A stretch of DNA of 64,000 bases from Quinella sp. 2Q5 (lineage in GTDB: Bacteria; Bacillota; Negativicutes; Selenomonadales; Selenomonadaceae). The stretch covers positions 543-64,542 of the forward strand of contig JADEZQ010000011.1 in NCBI GenBank assembly GCA_015206785.1. Reading direction: 5' to 3'. Below the pieces are notes generated by a model. That model had not been told where the DNA came from and did no database searches. It was given only the letters and a program-made list of their open reading frames with translations. The position numbers and the translations under genes were made by a program. This document shows, piece after piece, positions 9,309 through 18,292 of the stretch (the first letter of the stretch is position 1; every line of letters starts with the position of its first letter).

Positions 9309-9448
9309 GCCACCCACCTCCGAAGGATTAGCGTTATGATTGCGGTCGCGGTCAAGATAATTGCCGCGGCTCGTGCGAAGTCTTTCAGGTCGTGGAAATT
9401 TTTCGGGTCGCGCAAAAAATTTTTCAGCGTGCGGAGATAGGCGAACAT
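9305..9448 (-). CDS. Possible 47-aa single-TM small protein, coupled between proA and nadD
   Basis: Not in the ORF track (under 60 aa). Sequence is MFAYLRTLKNFLRDPKNFHDLKDFARAAAIILTATAIITLILRRWVA. Its ATG shares 1 nt with the proA stop (TGATG) and its stop overlaps the nadD GTG (GTGA). No homology evidence is available. Confidence 0.35.
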   Translation of the reverse strand: MFAYLRTLKNFLRDPKNFHDLKDFARAAAIILTATAIITLILRRWVA

Positions 9449-10701
9449 CAGCGGATTTGTCCGTCGCCGTCGATGAGATATTTTGTCGTGGTCAGAGCCT
9501 CAAGACCCATTGGACCGCGCGCATGGAGTTTCTGCGTGCTGATGCCGATTTCCGCGCCGAAGCCGAATTCGAAGCCGTCGGTGAAGCGCGTGGACGCGTT
9601 GACGTAGACGTCCGCCGAATCAACGAGCTGCTTAAACTTCGTGGCGGAGTCGGCGTCGCGGGTGATGATTGCGTCGGAATGGGCGGAGCCGTAGCGGTTG
9701 ATGTGGTCGATTGCGGCGTCCACGTCGTCAACGATACCGACAGTCAGAATCAAGTCGTTGTACTCGGTCGCCCAATCGTCGTCGGTCGCCTCGTTCATGT
9801 CGGGGAAAATTTTTCGTGACTCTTCGTCGCCGCGCAGTTCCACGCCCGCATCAATCATTGCCCGCGAAATTTTCGGCAGGAAGTCGGCGGCGATGTCGCG
9901 GTGAATCAAAAGCGTTTCCATTGCGTTGCAGACGGACGGCCGCGAAGTTTTTGCGTTAAGGCAGACTTTGATGGCGAGGTCGAAGTCTGCGGTCTTGTCG
10001 ATGAACGTGTGGCAGACGCCCGTGCCGGTCTCGATGACGGGAACGGTCGAATGCTCAACGACGCGGGCAATGAGCCCTGCGCCGCCGCGGGGAATGATGA
10101 CGTCGACGAGCTTGCGCAGTCTGCACATGACGACGACAGCGTCGCGGTCGAGTATGCCGATGAATTCAATCGCCGTGGACGGAATGCCGTTGGCAGCCGC
10201 CGCTTCCTTGAGGATATCGACAATCTTCTTGTTGGTGCGCACTGCCTCCGAACCGCCGCGCAGAAGACAGGCGTTGCCGGACTTTATGCACAGGGCGACG
10301 GCGTCCGCGGTGACGTTGGGTCGCGCCTCGTAGATGATGCCGACGACGCCGAAGGGCACGCGTTGCCGACGAATCTGCAAACCGTTCGGGCGGGTGACGA
10401 CGAAATCCGCCTTGCCAATCGGGTCGGGCAACTCAACGATCTGTCGAATGCCCTGAGCCATTGCCGCGATCCTCTGCGGCGTCAAAATCAGTCGGTCAAT
10501 CATATTCTTGCGAGTGCCTCGTTCGCGGGCGGCGGCAACTTCCTTGGTGTTGATTTCGATGATTTCATCTTGATGGGCTTCCAGAGCATCAGCCATTGCC
10601 TTGAGCGCGCCATTGCGAACTTCCACGGGCAGCCACGCTAATTGCCGCGACGCTTCCTTTGCGCGGCGTGCTTGTTTGGTTACGTGATCTTTCATGAACA
10701 T
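9448..10701 (-). CDS. proA: Gamma-glutamyl phosphate reductase
   Basis: About 417 aa with aldehyde-dehydrogenase-like ProA motifs, including the catalytic Cys (SRPSVCNAMETLLIH). ATG 10701 lies 6 nt after GAGGGGG. Confidence 0.95.
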   Translation of the reverse strand: MFMKDHVTKQARRAKEASRQLAWLPVEVRNGALKAMADALEAHQDEIIEINTKEVAAARERGTRKNMIDRLILTPQRIAAMAQGIRQIVELPDPIGKADFVVTRPNGLQIRRQRVPFGVVGIIYEARPNVTADAVALCIKSGNACLLRGGSEAVRTNKKIVDILKEAAAANGIPSTAIEFIGILDRDAVVVMCRLRKLVDVIIPRGGAGLIARVVEHSTVPVIETGTGVCHTFIDKTADFDLAIKVCLNAKTSRPSVCNAMETLLIHRDIAADFLPKISRAMIDAGVELRGDEESRKIFPDMNEATDDDWATEYNDLILTVGIVDDVDAAIDHINRYGSAHSDAIITRDADSATKFKQLVDSADVYVNASTRFTDGFEFGFGAEIGISTQKLHARGPMGLEALTTTKYLIDGDGQIR

Positions 10702-10716
10702 GAGAATCCCCCTCAA

Positions 10717-12048
10717 TCAAAAGTTCCCGACGCTGGTCAATCGGTCAATCATCTCAACCTTGTTGGCGTCCATGAAGTGCAAATCGCTGACGATAACTTT
10801 GCGGACGTAGTGCTTGGCGGTCTGCCCGTTGTTGAAGGTGAAGTAGCTGCTCAAGGCGTGAATGACGAGCGGCTCACCGTTGTTGTCGGTGCCGAGGTAA
10901 AGCATCACGTGCGCCGGAGCAAACAGCAACGAGCCGGGCTTGGACTTCTTTAGAATACTCAGGCGTTGGTCGCGGTTCATGCCCTTGAGGGAAATTGAAC
11001 GCGCCATAGCTTTTTCCTGCCGAATGGTGTCGCGGGGAAGTTCAATGCCCACGGAGCGATAGACGTCCTGCACGAAGGCGGAGCAGTCAACGTTGCGTTC
11101 GAGCCCGCCCCAGCCGTAGCCTTCGCCGATGAAACGGAACGCCTGGCGAATCAAATTGTTTTCGCTGCAGGCAAGCGCACTTTTGACGACGGCGTGATCG
11201 TTGGGAATATTGAAGCCCTGTTCGACGATTGTGCCGTTTGCGTCAACATTGGGAACGTAAATCGCCCAAGAGCCGTCCTTCTGCAGGTCAGCGGCACGCA
11301 AGAGAACTCGTCCGCCCATTTGATAGAACGCCTTGCCCGAGGGGATGGTCTTCCTGCTGGCGATGACTGTCAGATAATTTTGCGGGTCGGCATACTTGAG
11401 CCACGTGGCGCGGTCGGTGAAGGCAAGCGTCGCGGGCTTAACCCAACCGGCATATGCGCGGGACTCGATGAAGACAAACTCGTTGTCCGCGCTGTTGATG
11501 AGGACGACGACCGGTTCGCTCGGATCAAGAGCCGTTGCCTGCAACTGATCGAAGTGCGTGTCGTTGGCACTCTCAAACCAGCCGTCGGCTTCGGGCAGCA
11601 GTCTGATGTTCGTGCGGTCAGTAGTCAATGCGTAACGAATCTCGCAAACCGTCGGCACGTCGTCCACGCGGGAATTTTTTTTCGCCTGCGTGTAACTGAA
11701 TTCCGTCAACGCAGCACCCTTCTTGAAGAGCTTTGGCACCTGAGCCTGGTCGAAGTGACCGATTGCCATTGTCGCGGTGATTTTATTCTTCATCCACTGC
11801 GTGTAAACCTTTTCGGGATACTTCGGCAGGTCGACGAGAGTGTTTGCGCTCTTCTGGCGTATCTGCAGGTTGAGCATGTCCAGCTCCTGCGTCGAGACGA
11901 AGACCGCCTCGCCCGATTTGTTTCTGCCCGCCCAATAATCTGCCGTCGCTCGGTTGTCTTGAATTGCCAACGCCGCTTGAGCCGAGGCCGTCGACAAGAG
12001 CAACAGCACCGTCAGCATCATCGCAAAAAATTTTTTAGTCATGGTCAA
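10717..12048 (-). CDS. Secreted SH3b/NlpC-P60 (C40) cell-wall peptidase
   Basis: Signal peptide MTMTKKFFAMMLTVLLLLSTASAQA. C-terminal catalytic motifs DCSAFVQDVY and HVMLYLG. Confidence 0.8.
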   Translation of the reverse strand: MTMTKKFFAMMLTVLLLLSTASAQAALAIQDNRATADYWAGRNKSGEAVFVSTQELDMLNLQIRQKSANTLVDLPKYPEKVYTQWMKNKITATMAIGHFDQAQVPKLFKKGAALTEFSYTQAKKNSRVDDVPTVCEIRYALTTDRTNIRLLPEADGWFESANDTHFDQLQATALDPSEPVVVLINSADNEFVFIESRAYAGWVKPATLAFTDRATWLKYADPQNYLTVIASRKTIPSGKAFYQMGGRVLLRAADLQKDGSWAIYVPNVDANGTIVEQGFNIPNDHAVVKSALACSENNLIRQAFRFIGEGYGWGGLERNVDCSAFVQDVYRSVGIELPRDTIRQEKAMARSISLKGMNRDQRLSILKKSKPGSLLFAPAHVMLYLGTDNNGEPLVIHALSSYFTFNNGQTAKHYVRKVIVSDLHFMDANKVEMIDRLTSVGNF

Positions 12049-12854
12049 TCCCTCCTTGGAAAAATTGTTCCGACTGCCTCACCGTTCAAGGTCCGCCGCA
12101 AATTACCGGCGACGCCGCCGTTGACGATGAGCATGGTCACGCCGTTTGCCGTCGCCAACTTCGCCGCCTGAATCTTGGTGAACATGCCGCCCGTGCCGAG
12201 CTTGGTGCCCGCGCCCCCGGCAATCCGTTCGATGTCCGCGTCGATTGCGGGAACGGTGTCGATTAGCCGCACGGAGCCGTCGATCTTTGGGTTGCCGTCA
12301 TAAAGCCCGTCGATGTCGCTCAAGATGATAAGCACCTGCGCACCGATGAGAGCCGCCACGATTGCCGAGAGATTGTCGTTGTCGCCGATTCGGATTTCGT
12401 CCACGGCGACGGCGTCGTTCTCGTTGATGACGGGAATGGCTCCCATGTCGAGTATCGCTCGCAAAGAGTTGCGGGAATTTTCGCGGGCGTGCTCATCAGC
12501 GGCGTTCTCCTTAGTCAACAGCACCTGCCCGATGGTCTGCCCGTATTCGGCGAAAAATTTTTCGTAGATGTGCATCAACACGCCCTGACCAATCGCCGCC
12601 AACGCCTGGTTTTCGGGGATGGTCTGCGGCTTGAGTCTCACGCCAAGTTTGTTCATGCCCGCCGCTATCGCCCCGGAGCTCACGAAAATAATTTCCTTGC
12701 CCGCGTTGTGCAGGTCGGCTATCTCACGAACGAGATGTTCGATTCGGTACAGATTCAGCTTGCCGGTTGAGGCGTGTGCCAGCGTGCTCGTGCCCACCTT
12801 GATGACGATTCGCCGCGCAGATTTCAACGTCTCACGTGCATTACCCAAGGTCAT
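12045..12854 (-). CDS. proB: Glutamate 5-kinase (no PUA domain)
   Basis: Amino-acid-kinase motifs KVGTSTL, FVSSGAIAAG and GDNDNLSA. Overlaps the next gene by 4 nt. Confidence 0.9.
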   Translation of the reverse strand: MTLGNARETLKSARRIVIKVGTSTLAHASTGKLNLYRIEHLVREIADLHNAGKEIIFVSSGAIAAGMNKLGVRLKPQTIPENQALAAIGQGVLMHIYEKFFAEYGQTIGQVLLTKENAADEHARENSRNSLRAILDMGAIPVINENDAVAVDEIRIGDNDNLSAIVAALIGAQVLIILSDIDGLYDGNPKIDGSVRLIDTVPAIDADIERIAGGAGTKLGTGGMFTKIQAAKLATANGVTMLIVNGGVAGNLRRTLNGEAVGTIFPRRD

Positions 12855-12871
12855 CACTTCCTTCCGTTTTC

Positions 12872-12900
12872 ATTATAAATTCACTTCGCCGTTTGCGCAA
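12872..12900 (-). promoter_or_regulatory. Sigma-70-type promoter for proB
   Basis: Minus strand reads TTGCGC, 17 nt, TATAAT, followed by GGAAGG and the ATG. Confidence 0.5.
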
Positions 12901-12963
12901 GGAAATTTCGCGCTTTATTTTTCGGGCGGCGCGTTGTATGCTTGACGGCAAGGAGGAAAGTTC

Positions 12964-13833
12964 ATGGCGGAAAAAAATTTTTGTCTGCGACCAAAATATC
13001 TCGACGGCTTCAAATGCGACGGCGCGGCGTGCGGGGCTTTGTGCTGTCGGAATGCGTGGAGAATCGCCGTGGACGCGGCAACCTACCAAAAATATTTGCG
13101 GCTCGGTCACGAAGTCACGCGGCACCTGCGCGCTGATGAGTCGGGCGAAAAATATTTCATCGTGCATTCCGACGCTTGCCCCTTCCTGACGGCGGACAAC
13201 ATGTGCGGCTTGCAACGGGCTCACGGCGAAGATTATCTGTCGCCCGTGTGCGACGGCTATCCGCGAATCGTCACGCGCTTCGAAAATTTTTTGGAGGTCG
13301 CGCTCTCGTTGACGTGCCCAATCGCCGCCCGCCTCGTGCTGTTGCAGACCGAGCCGCTCGTGTTCGAGCTGACGGAGCCATCGGAAAAAATTTTGCGCCG
13401 CGAAGCCAACACCACCTTGCAGGGCGTGCCGCGCGACCTGGCGCCGACAATGGTCGAGGTTCAGCTGGCAATGGTCGAAATTCTGCAGACGCGGCGGCTG
13501 ACACTCCACGAACGATTCGCACGGCTGAAAGACTTTTTGGCACCCGACGCCCCGTTGACGACCGAGAGTCTGCCGAAAAAATCATTGCCCGCCGAATTCG
13601 CGACGGTCGCCGAAAATTTTCTGGTCAACGAAATCTTCCTGAACGTGTGGCCATTCCGACTGGACGCCACTGTCGCAGAAAACTTCCGAGCGTTCGCGGC
13701 AGCGTACAAAATTTTCGAGCGTCAAACACTCACCGCGCGGACAGTCGACGAGCTGTTGACGGCGGCGGGCAAAGTCAGCCGCCTAATCGATCACGACGAA
13801 GACTATCTGCAACGACAACTCGTCACCCGTTGA
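12964..13833 (+). CDS. Cysteine-cluster protein, FliB (flagellin lysine-N-methylase)/YkgJ-like
   Basis: N-terminal FKCDGAACGALCCRNAWRIAVD and a later ACPFL, NMCGL pattern typical of the CxxCxxCC zinc/iron-chelating family. The last 7 codons and the stop lie inside the interspersed repeat. Confidence 0.55.
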   Translation: MAEKNFCLRPKYLDGFKCDGAACGALCCRNAWRIAVDAATYQKYLRLGHEVTRHLRADESGEKYFIVHSDACPFLTADNMCGLQRAHGEDYLSPVCDGYPRIVTRFENFLEVALSLTCPIAARLVLLQTEPLVFELTEPSEKILRREANTTLQGVPRDLAPTMVEVQLAMVEILQTRRLTLHERFARLKDFLAPDAPLTTESLPKKSLPAEFATVAENFLVNEIFLNVWPFRLDATVAENFRAFAAAYKIFERQTLTARTVDELLTAAGKVSRLIDHDEDYLQRQLVTR

Positions 13834-14017
13834 AGTGAGCGACAACTCGTCACCCGTTTCGGGTAGCGATAACACGGTCGCCCATGGATGGGCGACCGCC
13901 GGCATACGACGACGTGATGCGTCGTTGCCGGCTCGGAGGTCCTTTCTTTTTGCTACTTTTTCTTTGGACCAGCAAAGAAAAAGTAGATCCTAATCGCAAA
14001 GAAAAAGTAGATTCTAA
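13813..14017 (+). repeat. Interspersed structured repeat, copy 1 (with internal partial duplications)
   Basis: Shares GGYCGCCCA-NGGA-TGGGCGRCC, CCGGCATACGACGACGTGATGCGTCGTTGCCGG and CTCGGAGGTCC plus a T/C-rich hairpin with copies at about 57645-57795 (reverse) and 61835-61985. Also carries a 19-nt direct repeat at 13813-13831 and 13840-13858, and a duplicated 3' arm at 13972-14017. Confidence 0.85.
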
Positions 14018-14056
14018 ACATAAACTCAATTGAAACTCTCGAAAGGAGAAATCGCA

Positions 14057-14575
14057 ATGGACGACAGACGCGGACTAATCATCGTGCACACGGGCGACGG
14101 CAAGGGCAAGACCACCGCGGCACTCGGCTTGGCAATTCGTGCACACGGCGCGGGGCTCAACGTCCTCGTGCTGCAGTTCATCAAAGGCTTGCGGCGTTCG
14201 GGCGAGCTGAATGCTTTGGACGCGCTGGGCATCGAAGTCCGTCAACTCGGCTTGGGCTTCACGTCCGCGGGCGACATCAACGAACATCGCGCGGCGGCTC
14301 GTCTGGCACTCGACACGGCACGCGCAGAAATTTCCTCAGGCGCGTGGGATTTGATCGTCCTGGACGAAATCAACTACGCCGTCAAGTTCAACCTGCTAAC
14401 CGCCGCCGACATCACCGCGCTGTTGACAATTCGCCCGCCGCAAGTTCATCTCGTCTTCACCGGTCGCGACGCACCCCCGCAACTCATCGACGCCGCAGAT
14501 CTCGTCACCGAAATGAAACTCGTCAAACATCCCTTCCAACGCGGCATCGAAGCTCAAGCCGGCATTGAATTCTGA
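14057..14575 (+). CDS. cobO: Cob(I)yrinic acid a,c-diamide adenosyltransferase (CobA/CobO/BtuR type)
   Basis: GLIIVHTGDGKGKTTAALG P-loop and LVLQFIKG motif. ATG 14057 lies 9 nt after AGGAG. Confidence 0.85.
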   Translation: MDDRRGLIIVHTGDGKGKTTAALGLAIRAHGAGLNVLVLQFIKGLRRSGELNALDALGIEVRQLGLGFTSAGDINEHRAAARLALDTARAEISSGAWDLIVLDEINYAVKFNLLTAADITALLTIRPPQVHLVFTGRDAPPQLIDAADLVTEMKLVKHPFQRGIEAQAGIEF

Positions 14576-14604
14576 TTGAAAAAATTTTCGCTGCGTGATA
14601 CAAT
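14576..14604 (+). promoter_or_regulatory. Sigma-70-type promoter for the polyol-phosphate glycopolymer locus
   Basis: TTGAAA, 17 nt, TACAAT, with TG at the extended -10 position. The A/T palindrome AAAAAATTTT overlaps the -35 and the spacer. Confidence 0.55.
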
Positions 14605-14634
14605 TTGCCGCAGATTTTTAACGGAGGTTCCGCA

Positions 14635-17049
14635 ATGCCAAAAGCTAAAGCCGTTCTCGTCTCGCTCAACAGAAAATTTCTCGTCAACGCCCTGACAACT
14701 CTCAATCACGATAAAGTTTCGCTCTATGCCGCGTTCGCCGAAGATGGCGACGGAAAATCTTTCACCGTCGGTAAAATCAAAGTGCAAGTCCTGCCCTTCT
14801 CGTTGCTAAGTCAAGTCGTCGAGGTCGGGCAGAATTTTTTGTGGCTGATTTGCGGCCGCACCAATGACGTCGACGACGTCGCCCGCATGAAGTCGTTCCT
14901 GGTCGAAAGCGGCGTTCCCGAAGACAGCGTCGTCAACTTCACCTTCGCCGACAAGATAAGCCCCGCTCGGCTCGGCAATCTTCGCGCGGCGGAAGAAGGT
15001 TTGGTCGACAGCTTTGCCACGGGCGACGAATCCGCAATGTACGGGCTCGACTTCAAGCGTATCCCCGAAATCGTCGGCGCAAATCTGTCCACGCCCGGTC
15101 AAGACCTGCGCCAAAGTTTCCGCATCGCCCGCCACGTTTTCGACAACGTCCCGCGCGGCAAAATTAAGTTCGTCTTCATCGGGCTCACGCCGTACTCGTT
15201 GCTCGTTGACAGCCGCAAAAATTTTTCCACCTGCACCGACGACTTGCGTTACGCGCTGGCTCTGAATGAAACTTTCCGCGCGACGACCGCTCACGATAAA
15301 TTTCTCGCCGCGTTGACATCGAACGTGACGCGGGGATTTTTCGCGAACATCACAAGCGCGAAGTCCGACTTGAATTACGACAGGTTGCGCACGGCTCACG
15401 ACGAAAAAATTTCCGTCGGCGACGTGACGGGCTGGCAAACGGAGCTCGCGCGGCTCACGAAACCTTTTGACGCGGCGACCGTTGAAGAAAATCTGCGCGT
15501 GCTGGAAGATTACGTTCGCCTTTGCATTGAGCACGGTGCCAAACCCGTCGGCGTCATCTTCCCGTTCGCGCCCATCATCAGCAAAAATTATCCGCGCGAA
15601 AGTCTGTTGCTCCTGCGCAGCGAATTGCGTCGGCTGGAAGGTCACGGCTTCAGCTTCGTCGATATGTTCGACGCGGCGACCGATTACACCGACTTCAGCG
15701 ACATGACGACCCTGAATCTGCGCGGCGCAGTGACGGCTTCGCGGGCGATTGATTTTCATCTGCGCGGGAAAGATTTTCTGCCGCACGACAAAATTTCTCG
15801 GCTCAACTACGCGCAAATCTTTGCCGTGTCGAATTTCTTGCCCGCCGAAGACTTCAACGCTTGCCTCGAACGTCACTTCGCTGCCGTCGTCAAAAATCTG
15901 CGCGGCAAGAAAAAAATTCGCGTCGGCTTTGTGTCGGACGATCCGTCCATGTGGTGCGGCGACAAGCTGTTTAATCTCTTCGCGCACAACAAACACTGCG
16001 AGACGACGTTCTTCCTGTGCCTGCAAAAAAGTTTCCGTGGGCAACAGACGATGTTGAAAGATTTTCGTCACGGCTTCGACGACTTCAAGGCACGCGGCAT
16101 AAACGTCGTCGCCGTCACTGACGACGAGCAGACGGCTCCCGCGCAGGACGTGCTGATCTTCCTGAGACCGTACTTCCATTACCTGCCCAAGGCGTTTGCG
16201 CTGTCGTCAATCAGTGCGCAGACTTTGATGGCGTACATACCCTACGGCTTCAATATGACGAACTGGAATATCTACGACACGCCGATATATCATCTCGGCT
16301 GGAAACTTTTCTTCGACACGCGCGAACACATCAAACTTTTGCAACGCGAATGCCGAACGGGTATGCCGCGCGGACTCTACAGCGGCTACACAAAGTTGGA
16401 CGTCTTCTTCGAGAAGGGCTCCGACCTCACGTTTGATTGGAAGACCACCCGCCCCGACTCAAAGAAAATTATTTGGGCACCGCACTGGTCAATATCGAGC
16501 GGCATTCGTTACGCAACGTTCGCCTGGAATTATCGGTTCATGTACGAATTCGCCAAAGCCCATCCGGAAATCTCTTGGGTGCTCAAGCCCCACCCGATGC
16601 TCCTGGCGTCGGCTGTCGGGCACGGCGTCTTCCCCTCAACCGAGACATTCGAAGCTTATCTGCAAGCCTGGAACGACCTTCCCAACGCCAAAGTCTTCAC
16701 CGGACCATACTACCAGGGGCTCTTCGCCACCAGCGACGGCATGATTATGGACTGCGGCTCATGGATCGGCGAATATCAATACACGCACAAGCCAATGATA
16801 TTTTTGACGCGCGACACTCAAGAGTTCAACGAGCTGGGCAACGCGCTGATGAAAATTCTTTATCGCGTGGACGGCAAAAATCTGCAGGGGATAGCCAAGC
16901 TCATGCAGAAAGTCTTCATCGACGGCAACGACGACATGTTCAGCGCACGCATGAAATTTTTCGACGAGCACATGAACTACGTCAAAGCCAACGGTGTCAC
17001 CGCCGCGCAATTCATCTTCAAGACGCTGGCAAAGGAGCTGCGGCTCTAA
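14635..17049 (+). CDS. Two-domain protein: uncharacterised N-terminal half plus C-terminal CDP-glycerol glycerophosphotransferase (TagB/TagF family)
   Basis: 804 aa from ATG 14635 (GGAGG RBS). The C-terminal half carries TagF-type motifs (IIWAPHW, VLKPHPML). The N-terminal roughly 400 aa has no motif I can name. Confidence 0.7.
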   Translation: MPKAKAVLVSLNRKFLVNALTTLNHDKVSLYAAFAEDGDGKSFTVGKIKVQVLPFSLLSQVVEVGQNFLWLICGRTNDVDDVARMKSFLVESGVPEDSVVNFTFADKISPARLGNLRAAEEGLVDSFATGDESAMYGLDFKRIPEIVGANLSTPGQDLRQSFRIARHVFDNVPRGKIKFVFIGLTPYSLLVDSRKNFSTCTDDLRYALALNETFRATTAHDKFLAALTSNVTRGFFANITSAKSDLNYDRLRTAHDEKISVGDVTGWQTELARLTKPFDAATVEENLRVLEDYVRLCIEHGAKPVGVIFPFAPIISKNYPRESLLLLRSELRRLEGHGFSFVDMFDAATDYTDFSDMTTLNLRGAVTASRAIDFHLRGKDFLPHDKISRLNYAQIFAVSNFLPAEDFNACLERHFAAVVKNLRGKKKIRVGFVSDDPSMWCGDKLFNLFAHNKHCETTFFLCLQKSFRGQQTMLKDFRHGFDDFKARGINVVAVTDDEQTAPAQDVLIFLRPYFHYLPKAFALSSISAQTLMAYIPYGFNMTNWNIYDTPIYHLGWKLFFDTREHIKLLQRECRTGMPRGLYSGYTKLDVFFEKGSDLTFDWKTTRPDSKKIIWAPHWSISSGIRYATFAWNYRFMYEFAKAHPEISWVLKPHPMLLASAVGHGVFPSTETFEAYLQAWNDLPNAKVFTGPYYQGLFATSDGMIMDCGSWIGEYQYTHKPMIFLTRDTQEFNELGNALMKILYRVDGKNLQGIAKLMQKVFIDGNDDMFSARMKFFDEHMNYVKANGVTAAQFIFKTLAKELRL

Positions 17050-17071
17050 AAAGTTTTTCAGGAGGTTTTTC

Positions 17072-18238
17072 ATGGGTAAAGGTGCAAGCAGACTCGAAAT
17101 CATCGCTCAACAGAACGAGTTGCTAAAGGAACAAAACAGTCTACTGCGCGAACAAAACGAACTCTTGCGGAATTCACCATCACACACAACGGACGGGCGC
17201 GAAGTCTTCGTTGACAACATCGACCGCGACGAAATGCGTTGCGGCGTTCTGGTCACCACGCACAGGAAAAAATTGTGGAACGTGCAAATCGGTCTGATTC
17301 AAGAATTCGCCCGCATCTGCAAGAAGTATAACCTGCGCTGGTTCGCGTTTTCCGGCACGTTGCTCGGCGCGGCGCGGCATAAAGGTTTCATTCCCTGGGA
17401 CGACGACGTCGATGTTTTCATGATGCGCCCCGACTACGAGAAGTTCAAACGGATTGCCTTGCAGGAGGTCAGACCTCCGTATTTTCTGGATGCGTGGTTC
17501 AACTACAAACTGGAAAGCGAAGAAAATCCCGACGCCCCCTCCAACAACAATCTGCAGCTCGTCACCCGCAATCAGGAGGAAAACAACCCAACCTGGTGGT
17601 ATCCCTTCTGGCCGATGCTCAAGCTGCGCGACAGCCGCACCTCGATGATTCAGTGGATGGATCGCCCGCACATCAATCAAGGCGTGTGGATTGATATCTT
17701 TGCCTTTGACCCCGCCCCGCCGTTCAGCGAAAGGCAACAGCGAATCAATTGGCAGATGGCTCGTGAAATGATGCTGTCAATCGCCTTCCCTAACGAAATG
17801 AAAAACGCTATAGCTTCGGGCAAACGTTTTGTCTTCTCGCACAAAGCCCTGCAAAATTATTTCGGATTCACTCACAGGCGTCGTGCGCTGTCATTCGAAA
17901 ACTTCATGTCGAAAAACTACTTCGATTCGAGTCGTATCGTTGACTTCAGGGATTACGTAGTGGCTCGGCGCGGCATCACCTACGAGACAAAAGACTTCGC
18001 CGAGGTGGTCTATTTGCCGTTCGAGAAGATTGAAGTGCCCGCGCCCGTCGGCTACGAAAATATTTTGGCTGCACGGTACGGCGACTGGCGCAAATTGATT
18101 TACACGCCTTCCCACGCCAAGGAATACAGCGTAGACATGGACTACAAAGAATATTTCGCGGCTCTGGCAAAGAGAACGCCGATTATAGAGGACGAGCGGA
18201 TTACCGGCTATGAAATCGATAATTCGCGCGATTCGTGA
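17072..18238 (+). CDS. LicD-family phosphotransferase (paralog 1)
   Basis: GTLLGAARHKGFIPWDDDVDVFM is the LicD DxD-type core. The N-terminus has a QNELL-type repeat. ATG follows CAGGAGG. Confidence 0.8.
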   Translation: MGKGASRLEIIAQQNELLKEQNSLLREQNELLRNSPSHTTDGREVFVDNIDRDEMRCGVLVTTHRKKLWNVQIGLIQEFARICKKYNLRWFAFSGTLLGAARHKGFIPWDDDVDVFMMRPDYEKFKRIALQEVRPPYFLDAWFNYKLESEENPDAPSNNNLQLVTRNQEENNPTWWYPFWPMLKLRDSRTSMIQWMDRPHINQGVWIDIFAFDPAPPFSERQQRINWQMAREMMLSIAFPNEMKNAIASGKRFVFSHKALQNYFGFTHRRRALSFENFMSKNYFDSSRIVDFRDYVVARRGITYETKDFAEVVYLPFEKIEVPAPVGYENILAARYGDWRKLIYTPSHAKEYSVDMDYKEYFAALAKRTPIIEDERITGYEIDNSRDS

Positions 18239-18292
18239 CTGCCATCACAGGAGGTGACAAGCGGCAGAAATTTTTTCTTGCCGCGAATTTTT

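Noticed and set aside
13834-14056. Cobalamin riboswitch upstream of cobO.
   Set aside because: I could not find a B12-box-like sequence. The structured region is copy 1 of the interspersed repeat, which recurs beside ade and dxr.
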